A stretch of DNA of 64,000 nt from Kudoa neothunni (Eukaryota > Animalia > Cnidaria): the NCBI GenBank assembly GCA_964304625.1, contig OZ199839.1, forward strand, positions 945,616-1,009,615, given 5' to 3'. A program made the translations under genes and the position numbers. The first letter of the stretch is position 1; every line of letters starts with the position of its first letter. Below are positions 25,400-40,300 of the stretch, one piece after another. Under the pieces are notes generated by a model. The model did no database searches. It was not told where the DNA came from and saw nothing but the letters and a program-made list of their open reading frames with translations.

Positions 25400-27356
25400 T
25401 CATGAAGACCCGGGATCTTTCCACGATCTGTGGTAAACGAAACCTCCAACAATCAAGGCTATTATTACCACCACCACAATCACACTAGACAACGCAGTTA
25501 CATTGGTTTGGCTCTTTCCATTATTCAATTGTATTGTTGGAGTTACAGAGGATTGATTGTAATCAGAAATTCCCCTCTGATTAGTCTCTTTTATTGGGCC
25601 TAAATTATGAAGGTTTGTTTTCTTTTCCTTAGGTATAGTATATTTAGGATTGTTTCCTTCTGGGGGTGTTAATCCATCCTCAGTATTTGGCTCTTCTCCC
25701 GTTACATCTCCGTCGTCGTCTGTGAACAGATCTGGAACAGCTTCTAGTTTTGGAATATCTTTAACAACGTTTAGTTCAGGGATTGATTTAGATTTATGTG
25801 AGTTGAATTGCTCTTCCAATTTTTTGCCATTGTCTATCAAATGATTATAATATGTATTGACATCCATATGGTGGTTATGGGCATCAATTAATGTTTTTTC
25901 AATTAGATTCTTTTTTTGTTTGAAGAGATCCACATACTCAGTAATACTTTTTGAATCGGCATCGGCATGCGTTGAATAGCCCCCGGGAGATCTACTGTAA
26001 GCTCTCAACTTCATTAAATTGTGATGTGCATATGCAAGAGAGAGTTTGTTTTCTATATCTCCGGTAATTTCAAGCACCTCGACGGCTAATTTCATATTTT
26101 CGATAGAAGTATTTATTTGGTTAAGAATTTCAGTATGCTTTGATTTGATCTCTGTAAAGGGACTGTCCAATTGTTTAACTACTTGTTTTATATTGTTGGT
26201 ATTGCTTTTCACATTCGGTCGGTTGTTTAAATGTTTATTCAATAGGGTGATAGTTAGTTTGAGCACATTTTGGCTTTCTGATGGAAATTGAACAAGTTGT
26301 TGAGACACATTGGAAATTAGTCCTTGAATTGTGCTAGTTTCCCTTTCAACCGTCACATGTAAACTATCAACATAGCTAATGTAACTCTTTATTCTATTCA
26401 TTTCATCATTGAATCTCGATATTTGAACTCCTGTAATTTCATCTTTCCAAGCTTCATACATTCGGATTTTTTCATTCAACTCTTGGATAGTTTGTTGCAT
26501 ACCGCCGCGAATATTTGTCAGTGCTTTGACTATCTCAACGTATTTCAAATACGTCGACTCAATTACGGGATCTGCTTGAGGAACACCTTCCATTTTATCA
26601 CAGACATTTTGAATATTTTTTATAATTTTAGTTATCTCACCAAAAAGTTCATTGAGTTTGTTTTTTAATTTAAAACTGCTAACAATATTTCTGTATTCAA
26701 GATAGTCAAATTTATGTCCGCCTTCACACAATTTTATCGATGTTTTGATTGATTCTAAATATCTTTTCAATTCTGTTTTTTTATCACTCAAATTATTTGT
26801 AGATGACATAGCATTTCTTATTTCTTCCCTGAAGTTTTGATTATCATTTTTCAAATTGTTCAAAGCGGTTTTGGAACGAGTAACATTCGAAATTAATTGA
26901 TCAAGTTGATTATAATAATTGGTTAATACATTTGCGGTAACTGGAATATTTTCAGTGACAAACATTGACTTTTTCAAGAATTCAAAGGTTGAGTTCATTT
27001 GCATGAAGAAACTCATCTGTTTTGGAAAAACGGTTTTAGGGTCGATCATCTTTTGCTCTGTTGATATGCGTAGTTCCCCTATATTGCAAAGTTTTTTTTC
27101 CATTTCTTTATAATCGTAATCATTTTCCTTATATTGACTAAAGGGAATATTTTGATTGTTTTCACATTTGATTGCGTGAATTGTCGCATAATCTTTGTTA
27201 TTACTTACTTGGAGGTTTTGATTATTTCGAAAAGAATCATCCAAAAATAGGGGCTTGGTGTACGCAAAACATCTGACTATTGATTTTAATCGAATAATTA
27301 CAATGAAATCTATAATTATTACTTGAAAATAACAACACTAGTTGTAATTTAATCAT
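25400..27356 (-). CDS. Type-I membrane coiled-coil surface protein (~636 aa, 2 exons: 27356-27323, 27276-25400)
   Basis: Signal exon MIKLQLVLLFS|IRCFAYTKPLF splices (46-nt GT-AG intron) in frame to the 614-aa ORF. Long heptad-like helical body, acidic/Pro linker, TM LSSVIVVVVIIALIVGGFVY and a short tail. Confidence 0.85.
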
Positions 27357-30300
27357 TTTAGTTTCGTAAACTTCCGAATAATTATAATTTGAATTGAATC
27401 GATTGTTAAAAATAATATAATGAATATAATTACACATTATCAAATTTCATCATAATTAAAATTCAATTAGAAATTTAGAAATTGTCGTTTGTAGTCATTT
27501 TTCGCTAATATAATACAATTCGGTGATAGACACTTCAATACCTGTAGGTATAGAACGAAGTACATCCAAACTTAATGGAACCTAGCGTTGTCGCCGAACA
27601 ACGTGGAATAATCATCCTTGACTATTGATATCACTCAATATGTTTAATCTTATTACATTATTTACACATTTTTTCAATTTATTTCGATAAAAAAAGTTTA
27701 TCTTTGTCTTAATAACTTTATTATACCTTCAATGAGAGATGAATACCTTTATTCCACTGAATGGATTCAACAAATCTGAGTACCCTAACTAAACTTTTTG
27801 TCATATAAACGATATTATCTATCATATCGAAGCTAATTATATGTGGTTTATTTAAATATAATTATTAAAACTACTTTTTCGCAACGTGAAAACAATATTA
27901 TTTATAGATAAGATAAATAATATAATTCTAATAAATATTCTAATCGACAATAATTTTTGATTTAATATAATTTAAACTGAAATATGGAATATCACTTGTT
28001 TAGAACCAACACTTTTTTCAGTAAAGTTCAGTTATAAGCATAATCTTATTTAAGGATAAAAATGTTAAATAGAATTTAAGGTTAGCCAAATAATAAATAT
28101 TCCTTATCAACAAACCCCATATATATTTCGAACTCGCGGGAACTTCCCAGCCTTGCGTGGGATTTAGAACAATTTATTATAAAGATCATGTTGTGGTGAC
28201 TCAAGTCATGATTAAAATAAACATTTATCAGTAAACAAAATTATTTACATATTTAACAATCGGCATTTGCCGATAGAGGTCGATAAATATTTTAAACCGT
28301 TGGTTTTTTTGCGCACAAAAAAAAGAACTAAAAAATCGCTACACATGTTTAAAAAATGGAAGAATATACGAATCCTTTCAATTAACTCTGAGAAGTTTAC
28401 AAACTTTTTTTAATATCATACTTTAGCGACTGTGATAAACACAGTTAAAATTAAGATCACTTTAGGGAGATCGTAAAAATAGAAAGAACAATATAATTCG
28501 ATTATGACCTGCGGCGATTAATTTATACTGCTCAGATTGATATTCCTTTATTCGACATATTTGTATACGCTCTTCAATGAAAACTGCTGAGTAGACCCTT
28601 AATATCGACAAAAATATTTTGAAAAATTATACAAAATATAATTTTAACGTATACCTTAAATCTATTTGGTCAAAGTTAAATTTAAAGGACGATTCAACGA
28701 AATTTGATGATCCAGTCCCAATATAAAAGGCTTTAATCTATCAGATTATAATATACGCTACCAATTCGTCATCAATTTATCGAATTTACATCTTTCTATG
28801 TTATTTAAACCGTCGATAAAATTTTGAAAATTTACTTAGTAAGTCAATTATATTCAGGTCCCAATATCAATATAAGGAGTATATTTACACACACAAACAA
28901 ATGGGTATTACCGTTATTTATATACAGAAATAGAAAAAGTTGTTAAATTAACGGTAGATTGAAGCATATAAGAAAAAATGTTAATTTTAACCGACTGTAA
29001 CTCCGAAATCAACACATTTTAATCCTATTTTTGAAATTGTGTCAACCGTTTAACAAACTTGGAACCGATAAGATCAATATTTTCAGATTGCTATTGCAAT
29101 TTTTGATAGTAGAATAACAAATTATAGATTTTCCCCTACATTACAAATTATTTAACGTTTCATAAGTGTACCTAAATAGTGAAAAAATTGACGCATTTTC
29201 GTACTTAGGAAACACACGAACCGACAGTTCTCTTTTATTCCTCCCTAATATATAAAGTCGTAATGTCCATGTGTCTTTCATTGTGTGTGTGTTCGCGAAT
29301 TCATATTCTTATACAGACTTTTTCTACTTAATGATTCTTTTAGTATACTTTAAAAAATACAAAATTAACTACAAAAATATATCGGAAAGTTCTGCATGCG
29401 TACAAAGTGGGGGGTTGGTAGAGAAAACTTTTTGTAAGCAAATTAGCGCTGGCAATATTATTACATCGCGTGACTTTCAATACATACGGTTTCTCAATTG
29501 AACGCGACACTTTTTTTGGTTCTGACCAAAATTCGCACTCAAACATTAAAATCTCTATAAATAAATCTTTTTATGATTTTTATTTTAAAAGACATACTCC
29601 AGCGGAAAACGTATATACTTCCACTTTATGATTAAATTCATTTCGAGTACTTACAAAAATTTTACTTACAGTCTATGATAGGTCCGCTTTAAGTATTCTT
29701 ATTTAAATTTGATTCCTAGAGATTATATAACATAAAATGAGCCGCTTTTACATTAATATAAAATATAGATAAAAATATCTTTTTAATAAAATACAAAAAT
29801 AAATGCAAAGCGAAAACATAAAAAAATATAAAAAATTGAATGGGCTTCTTTGTCACCCCCATAAAATGGGATTAGAAACAGAATGCTCTCATTCTATTAA
29901 TCACATATGGTGGAAACGAACCAAGTTCATTTGGTTGTAAGGTTGAGTTTTCGAAGAGAAATTATTCTAGAATATGACCTATAAAACCATTAAATTTAAT
30001 GTTTTTTTTTCATTGTTTTAATAGGTACAAAATTTGTTAATAATTTTGTATATTAACAACACTTACTTTTAATCTGGGTGCTTGATGGATGATATTATTT
30101 AATTTATCCAAAAATTGAATGGAAAAGAGTAATTTCGAAGCTTAAAACATAATTATCGAAGAAAACAATATCCGGCATGTAAAGTAGTTTCATTATAAAC
30201 TATTATCGTAAATTAAATATATACATAAATTTAATAACTAGTCTTGGTTTAAAATTAATATTATGGTGGCTTGAAAAGGGTTTTAACGTTGAAGTATGAA

Positions 30301-30762
30301 TATTGGTCAGATCTAAAAATGTGCCGAGTAAATTGAGAAACCCTATAATACAGAGATAAGCGTAAATAACCTTGATTTTCCGCTTCTGCTTCAACTATAA
30401 ATTTGAAATATTACGTTTTTTATTATTCGAACATAGTTAAGACGTTCTGGATCGTTTTAGTTATCCTAGGCCGGGGCGGCTGGGTAAACAATCACGTGCT
30501 ATTCGAATATTTGATTAAGTCAAGTGCAGATATTATTTACTTTGCATGTTTATTTCGAGATAAAATGTTCATTATTTTTATAGGAATTTAAAATGAAATT
30601 AACACATTTAGGCTACGTACAGAGCTGTAAAAATATTTTTTGATTAGTGGATTTATCGGCGGGTTAATTAATGTGATTAACTCTTAACCTTCCGAGCGAT
30701 TCAAAATCAACTATACACTTAGTGCTTTTGGGGGCTATTAGATCCCACTTTTTTATTTAATA

Positions 30763-32492
30763 CTAGAGCAAAAGCCACGCTTCGCAAAGGCTTCCTTGCC
30801 CAACCAAGTAGGCTAACACCTGGCGCATACTAAAGCCTTTTTGATTTTTAAGTAAATAGCGCTAATGCCTAGCTTTGCCTGGTACTGTGTGTTGGAAAAT
30901 TTTAGCTTTTAGTTTTATTTTTTGAATGGAGAAATTTTACGGAAGAGTTAATCTAATCTGCACTTTAAACCCTGCAAATTTTATTTTTTTATTTTAATTT
31001 ATGCATTTTAAAGCTTTTCATTATTTTTGCAATGTGATGATTTAGATAAACGAAATTATGCGCGTGTTTTCCATTTAAATATAAATAGAGGTAAGGAGAG
31101 AAATTAATGAGTAATTTTAAGTTTATTTTACAAATTATTGACCAAAACTATGATGATCTTAATATTAAGAGAAATGTAATTAGCGATTAAAGTTCAGTTA
31201 TTTATGTAACAAAATCGTTAAGTAACTTAAGTAGGGCTTTCAGTTGTTTTTAAAATTTTGCGATAAAAATTAATCCTTCTAATTATAAAATGTATAATTA
31301 GTCTACAAACGATAAATAAAATAAAATCGGCCTAAGGTGTGTCAGAAACAAAAATATTAATTGTTAATCCCTTTTTCGCAATTTTATAATGATGCCAATG
31401 ATGTTTTAAAAAGCTGTGAGCGGTAACTTACGTATTCACTATTTTAACATAATTTCCCCATTTTAAATAAATGCAACCTTGCTTTTTATCAAGAATACTT
31501 ATTGGTTCAAAAATATACACATTTAATTAACAAAATACGATTAAATTTAAAATTTAAAGGTGTTTTTGGTTTGAAAAATTACAGTAATGCTAAAATATTT
31601 AAATATCAACTGATTTTCTTGAAGGAATGCACCCTTTTAAAAATTTAGGTACTGTTTGATTGCCCTAAAAAAATTTCTCCGCATTAAACTATTCTTAGAT
31701 TAACAAAAACTTTGAAAAAATATCGGTTAGATCGAATAGACCAATAATTTCTTATTAACTTACATGGCACGCGTTGAGAAGGGACTGTATTTTTATGCAG
31801 CTTTTATATCAATGAATTAATCCGAGCCTAAAAGAAACAGTATGTTGATTTGAATATTAACTTTAAGGTCTGGGGGTAAGGAATAATTAGGTTACTAAGA
31901 ATTTAAACATTATTTAAAGAATTGTCTCCTCAAATTTAGAAACTTATCGAAAAGACGAATATAATTTTAATCTCAATCGATATATTTGATAAAAAGAAAT
32001 TTTAATTTAAGGAGTTATTAGAAAAATTATAAAATTTGAAAACACTCACACATTTTACATCGTTTTTAGAATGCGTATAGGGAACCAAATTATTCCAACG
32101 TTGCAACAACTCTTGTAATTGTGACGTTAATAGTTTTATTTGTCTTAAAATTACTCCAAACAGGCATATATAACATTTTTGAAAATTCTATACCATAATC
32201 AGTAGATTATCTCGTAAATAATATAATAAGTAAAAATTCATTCTAATTGAGTATCACTCTGAAGTAAACAAACATCAATATTAAGCAGGTATCTTTAATC
32301 TGCTAATTGAGGTAGAAAACCGGAAAATTCCATACTTCTGATAATGATATTGATGATTTAAACAATTATAAGTTAATTAACCATTTTCATAATAGTATCA
32401 TCCTTCCAAATGTATATTTAAGCGGTATTTAAAAAAAGTTGTTCCATGGCACATGCGTACTGCCGCAAACACACACAGTAACATATATAAGA
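30763..32492 (-). mobile_element. Non-autonomous Helitron, copy 2
   Basis: A|CTAGAGCAAAAGCCACGCTTCGC end and colinear similarity to 22269-25010, minus the nested hAT MITE. 5' terminus decayed. Confidence 0.78.
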
Positions 32493-33699
32493 GTTTATAT
32501 ACACTAGCGCGAACTGCCCAGCGTTACTTGGGAAGATTTCGCATAGATACGTTTCTTAATAATATTCAAAAAATATAATTAAGTTACAAATTAACCTTTA
32601 GATGTAAAATAACTAAAAATTTTTAAGTTGCATACTTTCAACGATTTGGATTTGCGAAATTTAAATTATGATCATTTCTGTCAAGGAAAGCAAAAATTCA
32701 CAGCGTTTACATAAAAATTTCGTGGTTCGGCACCAACGCCAAATAATTTAAGGTCAGAGTCGTATTTTTTTCATTCCATAATTATTTAATCTCGTTAAAG
32801 TGTTATCTAAAACGCTATTTTTTGGTCCGGCGGATTTTTAAAAGTCGAATTCTGGCCCGGCTCGGAAACTGCGTGCATCGCTAAGTTTTTAAAAGATAAA
32901 AAAATAGAAAAAGTAATGGAGATAGGAGAAAATGTATGAAAATTAACTGATATTGCTAAAATTAGCATCGCTTGGTTCGGAATAAACAATAGTGCACTTT
33001 TCCCAAACAAACAACTAAAAATTGCTTCAATATCAATAGAAATAATTTATATAATTAGATGAAGTAAGAGTACAACCATCTGCATTGAATTTAATCACTG
33101 AAAGTTGAACATAGCGGATAATTTCAATGAAATCCACGGACACAGCTCTTGCATTATATAGCTCCGATCAATATGATTTTAACATTATCAACCAATTCGT
33201 TATTCATGTAACATATATAGATTTTTTATCATATCTAAAACTACTAATAAAACTTTCAAAATATATTTATCAAGTCAAATACGTTAAACCTCCACAAATA
33301 ATAAATGAATTTGCGCAAACACCCATATCTAAATGCCAACGTTATATAAAAAGTCAGATAAAATAGAATAATTTAAATTCGATAAAGTATATAAGGAGGA
33401 AAGTAAATTCCAACCGACCATTAACATGACATAAACAGATGTTAATTCTATTATTGAACTCAAGTAATCCGGTAAACAAACTTTGAATTGACAAAACCAC
33501 CATTTTCCAAACATTTATAGGAACAGTTGAAAATGTGAAAATTAATTAAAGATTTTTTGAAACATTGTGATTTGTAAAAAAATTCATATATGTCTCTCTA
33601 TAAGGAAAACATTTTGGCTGCTGTGGAGCATGTGGCTCCCCTATTTTTAGTGTTTTATACGACTTTGTTCGCCGGAAACAGTCCCAAAAAATATTATAT

Positions 33700-34013
33700 G
33701 CTCTTATCATTCGGAGCAAATCAAAATTCTTCTCAAAATTATAAAAATAAATTTAATTATGGAACTAATTCAGAAAAGAAATAATATTCTTCTATTTTTT
33801 CCACCATATTCGCAATTTTTTAATCCTATCAATAAGTTTACCCATCAATTAACAACGATTGAAACGAATAAATCTCAAAAAAATTATGAACTACTAAACA
33901 CCATTACGGAGAGTCTCGTAGAAGTTACCTTACAAAACTATCTTAATTATTCAAACCAAGCTGAATCTTACTTTCAAAGATGTTTAATGTTGGAAAAAAC
34001 AATAAATAATTAG
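33700..34013 (+). mobile_element. Tc1/IS630-like (DDE_3) transposase C-terminal relic
   Basis: LLFFPPYSQFFNPINK matches the LPPYSPxxNPIE signature. Confidence 0.6.
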
Positions 34014-34378
34014 ACTAATTCATTTCTAAGGATGTCGGATTTTGATTTTTCTTAGTCGCATATAGATCTTGAAAAATTGTATATCCATTTTTTATTATAA
34101 TGTATATTTCTTCTTGTATATTAATAAAAAAATGTTTGTGTGATGGCGAAATGTTAGGGTTGGGGCATTAGAAACGATATATGATACTCGAAAAGATGAT
34201 TAATGTCCATTCATATAGAATTATATCACATATGAATGGTATTTATCTTTTCGGAAGATGGGAGTTGGTAATTTTTTCGATTGAATGGGGCTAACGAATA
34301 ATAAGCTAAATAAATTCCATCATTCATTTTGATAGATATTTAAAAAATCCAGTTTTTCGTTAATTTACCACCAGTAAG

Positions 34379-37300
34379 ATGATGGTGATATTGTCTTTAA
34401 GGCAACCATATGCTTCAACAATATATCTCGTTATTTTTACTTGTAATTTTTTGTATTTTGTATTTTATATTTATATATTAATCTTTATTAGTGTCTTTTG
34501 CAAAAATGTGATTTCTAATAATATTGATAATAATATACTGAACGTTAATTTCTCACATAATCCAGAGAAATATATTATTTCACTTTCTGGATACAACATT
34601 GAGAATAGCTTTAGACATTGTGCGCTCCAATATTATGGACATAATAAGAAAACAATAAGCTCCATCTCTACATGTGAAAATAACATTAATAAGGCAAAAA
34701 TGAATGAAAATTCAAAGATGTGTATTATCAATGTCAAAAAGTCGAATTAAAACTCGATGGTGAAGAGTATAAAACCATTAAATTTATAAAATGGTGTCAA
34801 GGTATAAATGAGAATGACGTAAAAAAATGCTCCACGAAGAGGGTATTTTCTATAAAAGGTATAAGAATATATTAGATAATCTTTTAATATTACAAAATAT
34901 ATATATACTTAAAGGGTTTGCTGACAGCAGCCAAAGAAAATAATACGTTCAATGTTTCAGTTAAAAGTAAAAAAAACAATAGATTAACTGTCAAAGATTC
35001 TGCTTTAAAAGAAAGCCAACAATCGTCGGACGATTTTTATACAACCAAATCTATTACAATACTTTCCAAGCCATATAAACCTACGTTTGTGATTGAAGTC
35101 GACAATGGCTCACCAGAAATTTTATTGAACCCAAAAAGCTTTGATGAGGATTGGTTTATTGCTACTGGGTCAAATGCTAACAATAAGTATTATACAATTA
35201 CACTTCAAAATCCAAAACCTTCACAAATTTGCCACTTCGGAATAAAGCATATTAATGACTCACATTTTTCCTCTAATTGCTCAGATATGAATATAGCTGG
35301 ACCCTGTCTTCAGCCTTGCTACAAAGCTATCTTATATCATGATAAAACTTTGATATTCGCTCAAGTACTTGTAAAACCCCTTGACCAGATAATATCCAAA
35401 GAGTTTATTCAAACTGTCACATGTAAATTGTAATTTGTCCAACGTCTCATATCAATTTTATAGTCGCTACCAGTCAACCCACGGTTACTCCTACTGGAAA
35501 GAATGAGGCATATATAAATTTAACTAATTTAAAAAAAAATGAAAGTAGTGATGAAACCGTAGGAGGAGCAGCTATCGCAGAAATTAAAATAATAGAAAAA
35601 AATCTAGGAATTACGAATAATTGGGAAGATCCTACATGTAGTGGTGAGTGTAAGAATTTTCAAGAGATAACTTTGAAATCGCTTCTATCATTAACGGAAT
35701 ATATTTTAAAAGTTAAAATAACAGGACTTGAAACATTAGATTCTCCCAAAGTTAATTATTATCACCGTTATTTTTATTTCAAAACAAAAGGTAACGAAAA
35801 ATATTCACTGTATCTATGAATTCATGTAGGTGATGAATTATCAGGAACTGTTGATCTTACACCGACCGTTATTTCTGGTGAACATAATAAATTAAATTTA
35901 AATCTTTCTAACTTATTTATCGATGGAAAAAACAATGACGCTATATGTGATCTCTATTATTCATTCGAGGGTGATGATTCATCGTTATATCCTGCAACAT
36001 GCAAAAAAGATGCAGATAAAAGCTTTTGTTCTGGTGCTTATCAGGGTGAATTCAATATAATAAACCTTGATCCTAAAACAACATACAAAATAACTGTTTG
36101 CCCGAGAGGACATAACTGTGTTAAGAGCAATGCACAATCGAGTAATTTTATAATATAATCTAATAATAATTTTTTAAATAGCTAGCGGAATCGATATAAA
36201 AGTAACATTCTCAAAAGATGATGAGCAAAAGAAAACAACGGCTACATTGACATCTGCTGATACAGGTCAAGCTTGTGGAACTACTTGGGCATACGTTCTA
36301 CTGGAACAAGAATCTAAGAAAATCATCATGGATTGTTTGATTGACGGTTGCAACGCAGCGGAAACGAGTTATATTGACAAAATAGATTTCTCATGGAATT
36401 CACTCAACACCGAAGTTATATATACGCTAGTTGTTATAAACAAAGACTACTCTAAACCTAAAAAAGAAATCATAGAATGTAATTCCCTATTTGTATAGAA
36501 ATATTTATTTTATATTTATAGATGGCGTCGATGAAGGTAATCAGGATATGATACTATATTACAGTCAATCTTCACGCAAGTATAAGATAAAATTCAAAGA
36601 TAATGATTTAACTAACAAGAAAGAAAAAGAATGCACTGTCAAAATATCTAGTCATAATCCTTTGCGTTATGTTGAGGCTGGAATTAACGGGGAAACTCCA
36701 AAAAAATGCAACGACCTGTCAAATAAATTCGACGTTGATCCTGATAGTCAGAATAAATTAAATTATATTTCCGTCACTTATTCACACACTGAAACTATCA
36801 CTGTAGAAGAAACTAAAAAATCGGGTATTAATGATGACACTATTGGAAAATCCAATGTAGATCGCGGAGAGACACCTCTAGGAGGAAAAAGTGGCGCAGA
36901 CGAAAAAATAGAAGATTCTCTTCAGCCACCCGCAAAAGAACAAGAACAAAAACATGAGGAAATAACTGTCACTTTTAATGTTGGGAAGGTCTTTTCATAT
37001 TACATAGGTATCATTTAATTTTGTTATAATTTTAATCATTTTTGTAGATCATTTCGAAGAACTAACTCACACAGCTAAATTAGAAGACGACAAAATAAAA
37101 TTGGGTCTAAATAAATGCTCCCTACAATGCAAAACGTATAAGGATACCCAATTCCAAACTTCTAGCGCAGTACAAATACCTGTAAACTCCCCATGTAATT
37201 TTGAAAGTTACTCAATTCAATTCGATGAGTTAATAAATGACTATTTTATAAGCTGCCCTAAATATTTTGATTTTCATTATTTCTACGACAATACATTTGT

Positions 37301-40300
37301 TAATAATCATGCACCGATTTTCAGTAGATTTTATTACGAGCTAAAAATTGATAAAACAAAGAATGCATTCACAATTCAATTGGTTATTCCAGAGCCATCC
37401 GAAATTTGTACATTCGAATGGATGGATGCCACAGCATCAAATTCAAACAGTTTCTTTTCGAATAAATGTAATAATAAAGACAACTGTTTCTTCAGTATGT
37501 GTAACAGCTACAAATTCGTAAATTTGAAAACAACTGTAAAGGCGATTAAAATAAGGGTGCTAAAATTGGGAATGAAACCTACTACCGGTTATCAAAATAA
37601 TATACACTTACGTAAGATTTAAATGTATTTAATATACTAAAAAAATTTTTAGTTGAACATGGAGACGATGCTTCTGTGACAACAGTCGAAAGAAAAATCC
37701 AAATAAACCTTAATGGAAAAAATAAAAATGAAGAAGGTGTGGATACTGTTCCAGAAGCTACATGCTCTGTAAAGTTTTGGAACACTTACGATCCATTAGT
37801 TACCGAAACTGAAAGGAAAGATGTAAGTGATTCATCATTTTCTTGTAGCTTTGGGGAGGTTCAAATTAGCCCTTCTCCAGCTCATTTACATAACGATATT
37901 ATGGTAACCATAACTAATATACCTAATTACTCACCAAGAAAATATTTTTTACATAAAATAAGTATTTTATAAAATTAAACGATATTTTATATATATTTGC
38001 AGCCCATGCCAACCAACTTTCCATTCAAGATACTTCAGTCTCCCCCAATGCAAATGGATTCACGATTACCTAAAATTCAGAAGCTCCAGAAAAAATTTGC
38101 ACAATCTTTATAAAAGAAAAAAGTGATTTATATTATCCTGCAATATGTTCAAAAAATGTGTTGTGCATTAAATCTTGCAAATCACAGTTCGAGATTACTG
38201 GGCTTAATTCCGATACTACTTTTGAACTGAAAATTGTACCAAGTGGAGATTATAACACTCAAATTATTAACAAAAAACCAAGTTATTTCCACGCATTATA
38301 TAATTAATAATAGAAGAAATGATTAATAGGCGGTGAAAAAATTGATTTTGTGGTTTTGATTAATTCCAGGAAGAACAATCTCATAATACAAATGAAACAA
38401 ACTTTCGATGACACTATCAATACAAAATGCTATTATCAGTTATATAAATATGAAACTGACGAAGGTAATCTGTTCACATTACTTCTTCTATTTTGAAATA
38501 GTGTCACCTACGAGAATAATAAAGTCTTGCATTGATTGCTCTAACTCTGATGCTAAAAAATGCAACGATATCACGTTTGATCATGATGTATACAATAATA
38601 AGTATAACTACAGGTTGATGATTTATGCAGACCAAAAATCTTCACCATGCAAGCTATCTATACCAGGTAAATTTTAGAAGAATTTCAATTTATATGCATG
38701 CGTTTATAGCTTTTACTCGACGCGGAAAACTTGAACAGAAATATCTACCATCATTGAATGGAAACGCTGAGAGATTTTCAGTTATACTGTCTAATTTTCA
38801 TGAGACTTATAAATGTCTAATAAAAATAGTTAATTTTGCAGGATCCGTATTCAAAAAACCACAACTCTGCACAGAGTTAGATGGAAATGAATTTGAGGTC
38901 GGATATATCAATTCCAAAGTTGATCGATATATATCAGTATGTTACGGTGTGGACAAAATAGAAGCCAAAAGTTGTAAAATGATTCAAGTGTTTCCAATAA
39001 TAATGAGTAATTAAACTGAATAATAGTTTATTTAAAAGTTATATTTAATTAAAAAATTTAAATAAATATGTAATATTTATTAATATATAATTTTTGACTA
39101 TATTTTTATAGATTACAAACTTGATAACACTTATAGAATATCTTACACTGACGGCAAAGTTAGTTTATCCTACAAATCGAACTCAATAACTAAATGGAAT
39201 ATACAAAATGACGGAAATGATGATGAACAAAGTAGTACAGAAAAGACCAACTTGATAATAGAGACTTATTCTGAGACTCCAGAAGCTAAGTCCGCTTCTC
39301 TCTTAATTGATAGACAAATAAGCTATTATAATATCAGTTCAACGCTGTTATGGCCTGGGATATTCTATTACATAAATAATACTTATTTAAAATACGAGAC
39401 CCCCCTAAAATCTCGGATCATCTATTCTGTTTCAGGCATTGCAAATAACAACAAAAAACTTCAAATAAAATTCTCTCCTGGTCCATATAACGGCGAGATT
39501 TGCCACATCAAAATATTTAAGGTAAGTGAAATTGGCGAAGAACAAGAAAGTATTGTTCTTAATGGATGTACTGATGATAATAAAGAGTGCTTCTGTCTGT
39601 GTCAGGACGGTATTATCAATTTGACAAAGGAAAATGAGAACATTGGAATTATTGTAAAACGAAGGTTTGATACCGATGGATTTAAACAATACTTTAAAAG
39701 TAACATTAGATTTAAATTAAAATATAACGTCTTTTAGGAAATGACAATGGCATAAATTTAAGCGGCATTACAAATGAAGGAGTCACCCTTACCGGACTTG
39801 ACGTCTATAAGGATATGAAGATCAGTGACTCTAATGTACAGTGTACAATTGAAATACGCCGAGCAAATACTTTTTCGACTGAAGCAAGATCTCATTGTGA
39901 TAACAATGGCGTATGCAATACTTACTGTGATGAGAGATATTCTATTACTGGTCTTACGGCTGGTACGAATTATTTAATTTCAGTTGCGATAACCAACGTT
40001 ATGATTAATGGATATGTGAAGAATGTAACATTCAGAACAGGTAATAGCAAACGTTATCGTAAAATTTTAAACACGACTTTAGCTGGAGGGGATGATTTAA
40101 CGGCGATCGATACGCAACCAATCAAAAAAGGTCCTACTGCTAAAATAACACCTTTTGGAACTGGAGCATATTTGCCAGTCTGTAGAATTTATGTTAAAAA
40201 ATATAATACTTCAGGGCCAAAATTTATGGCTACGTGTGATGGAATGGGATCATGCGAGAACAAGTGTGATGGTGAGTTCAAAATTATTAGCCTAGAATTA

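Noticed and set aside
38071-38073. In-frame TAA as evidence of a ciliate-type genetic code
   Set aside because: TAA terminates UTP11, the first surface gene and the RT ORF at expected positions.
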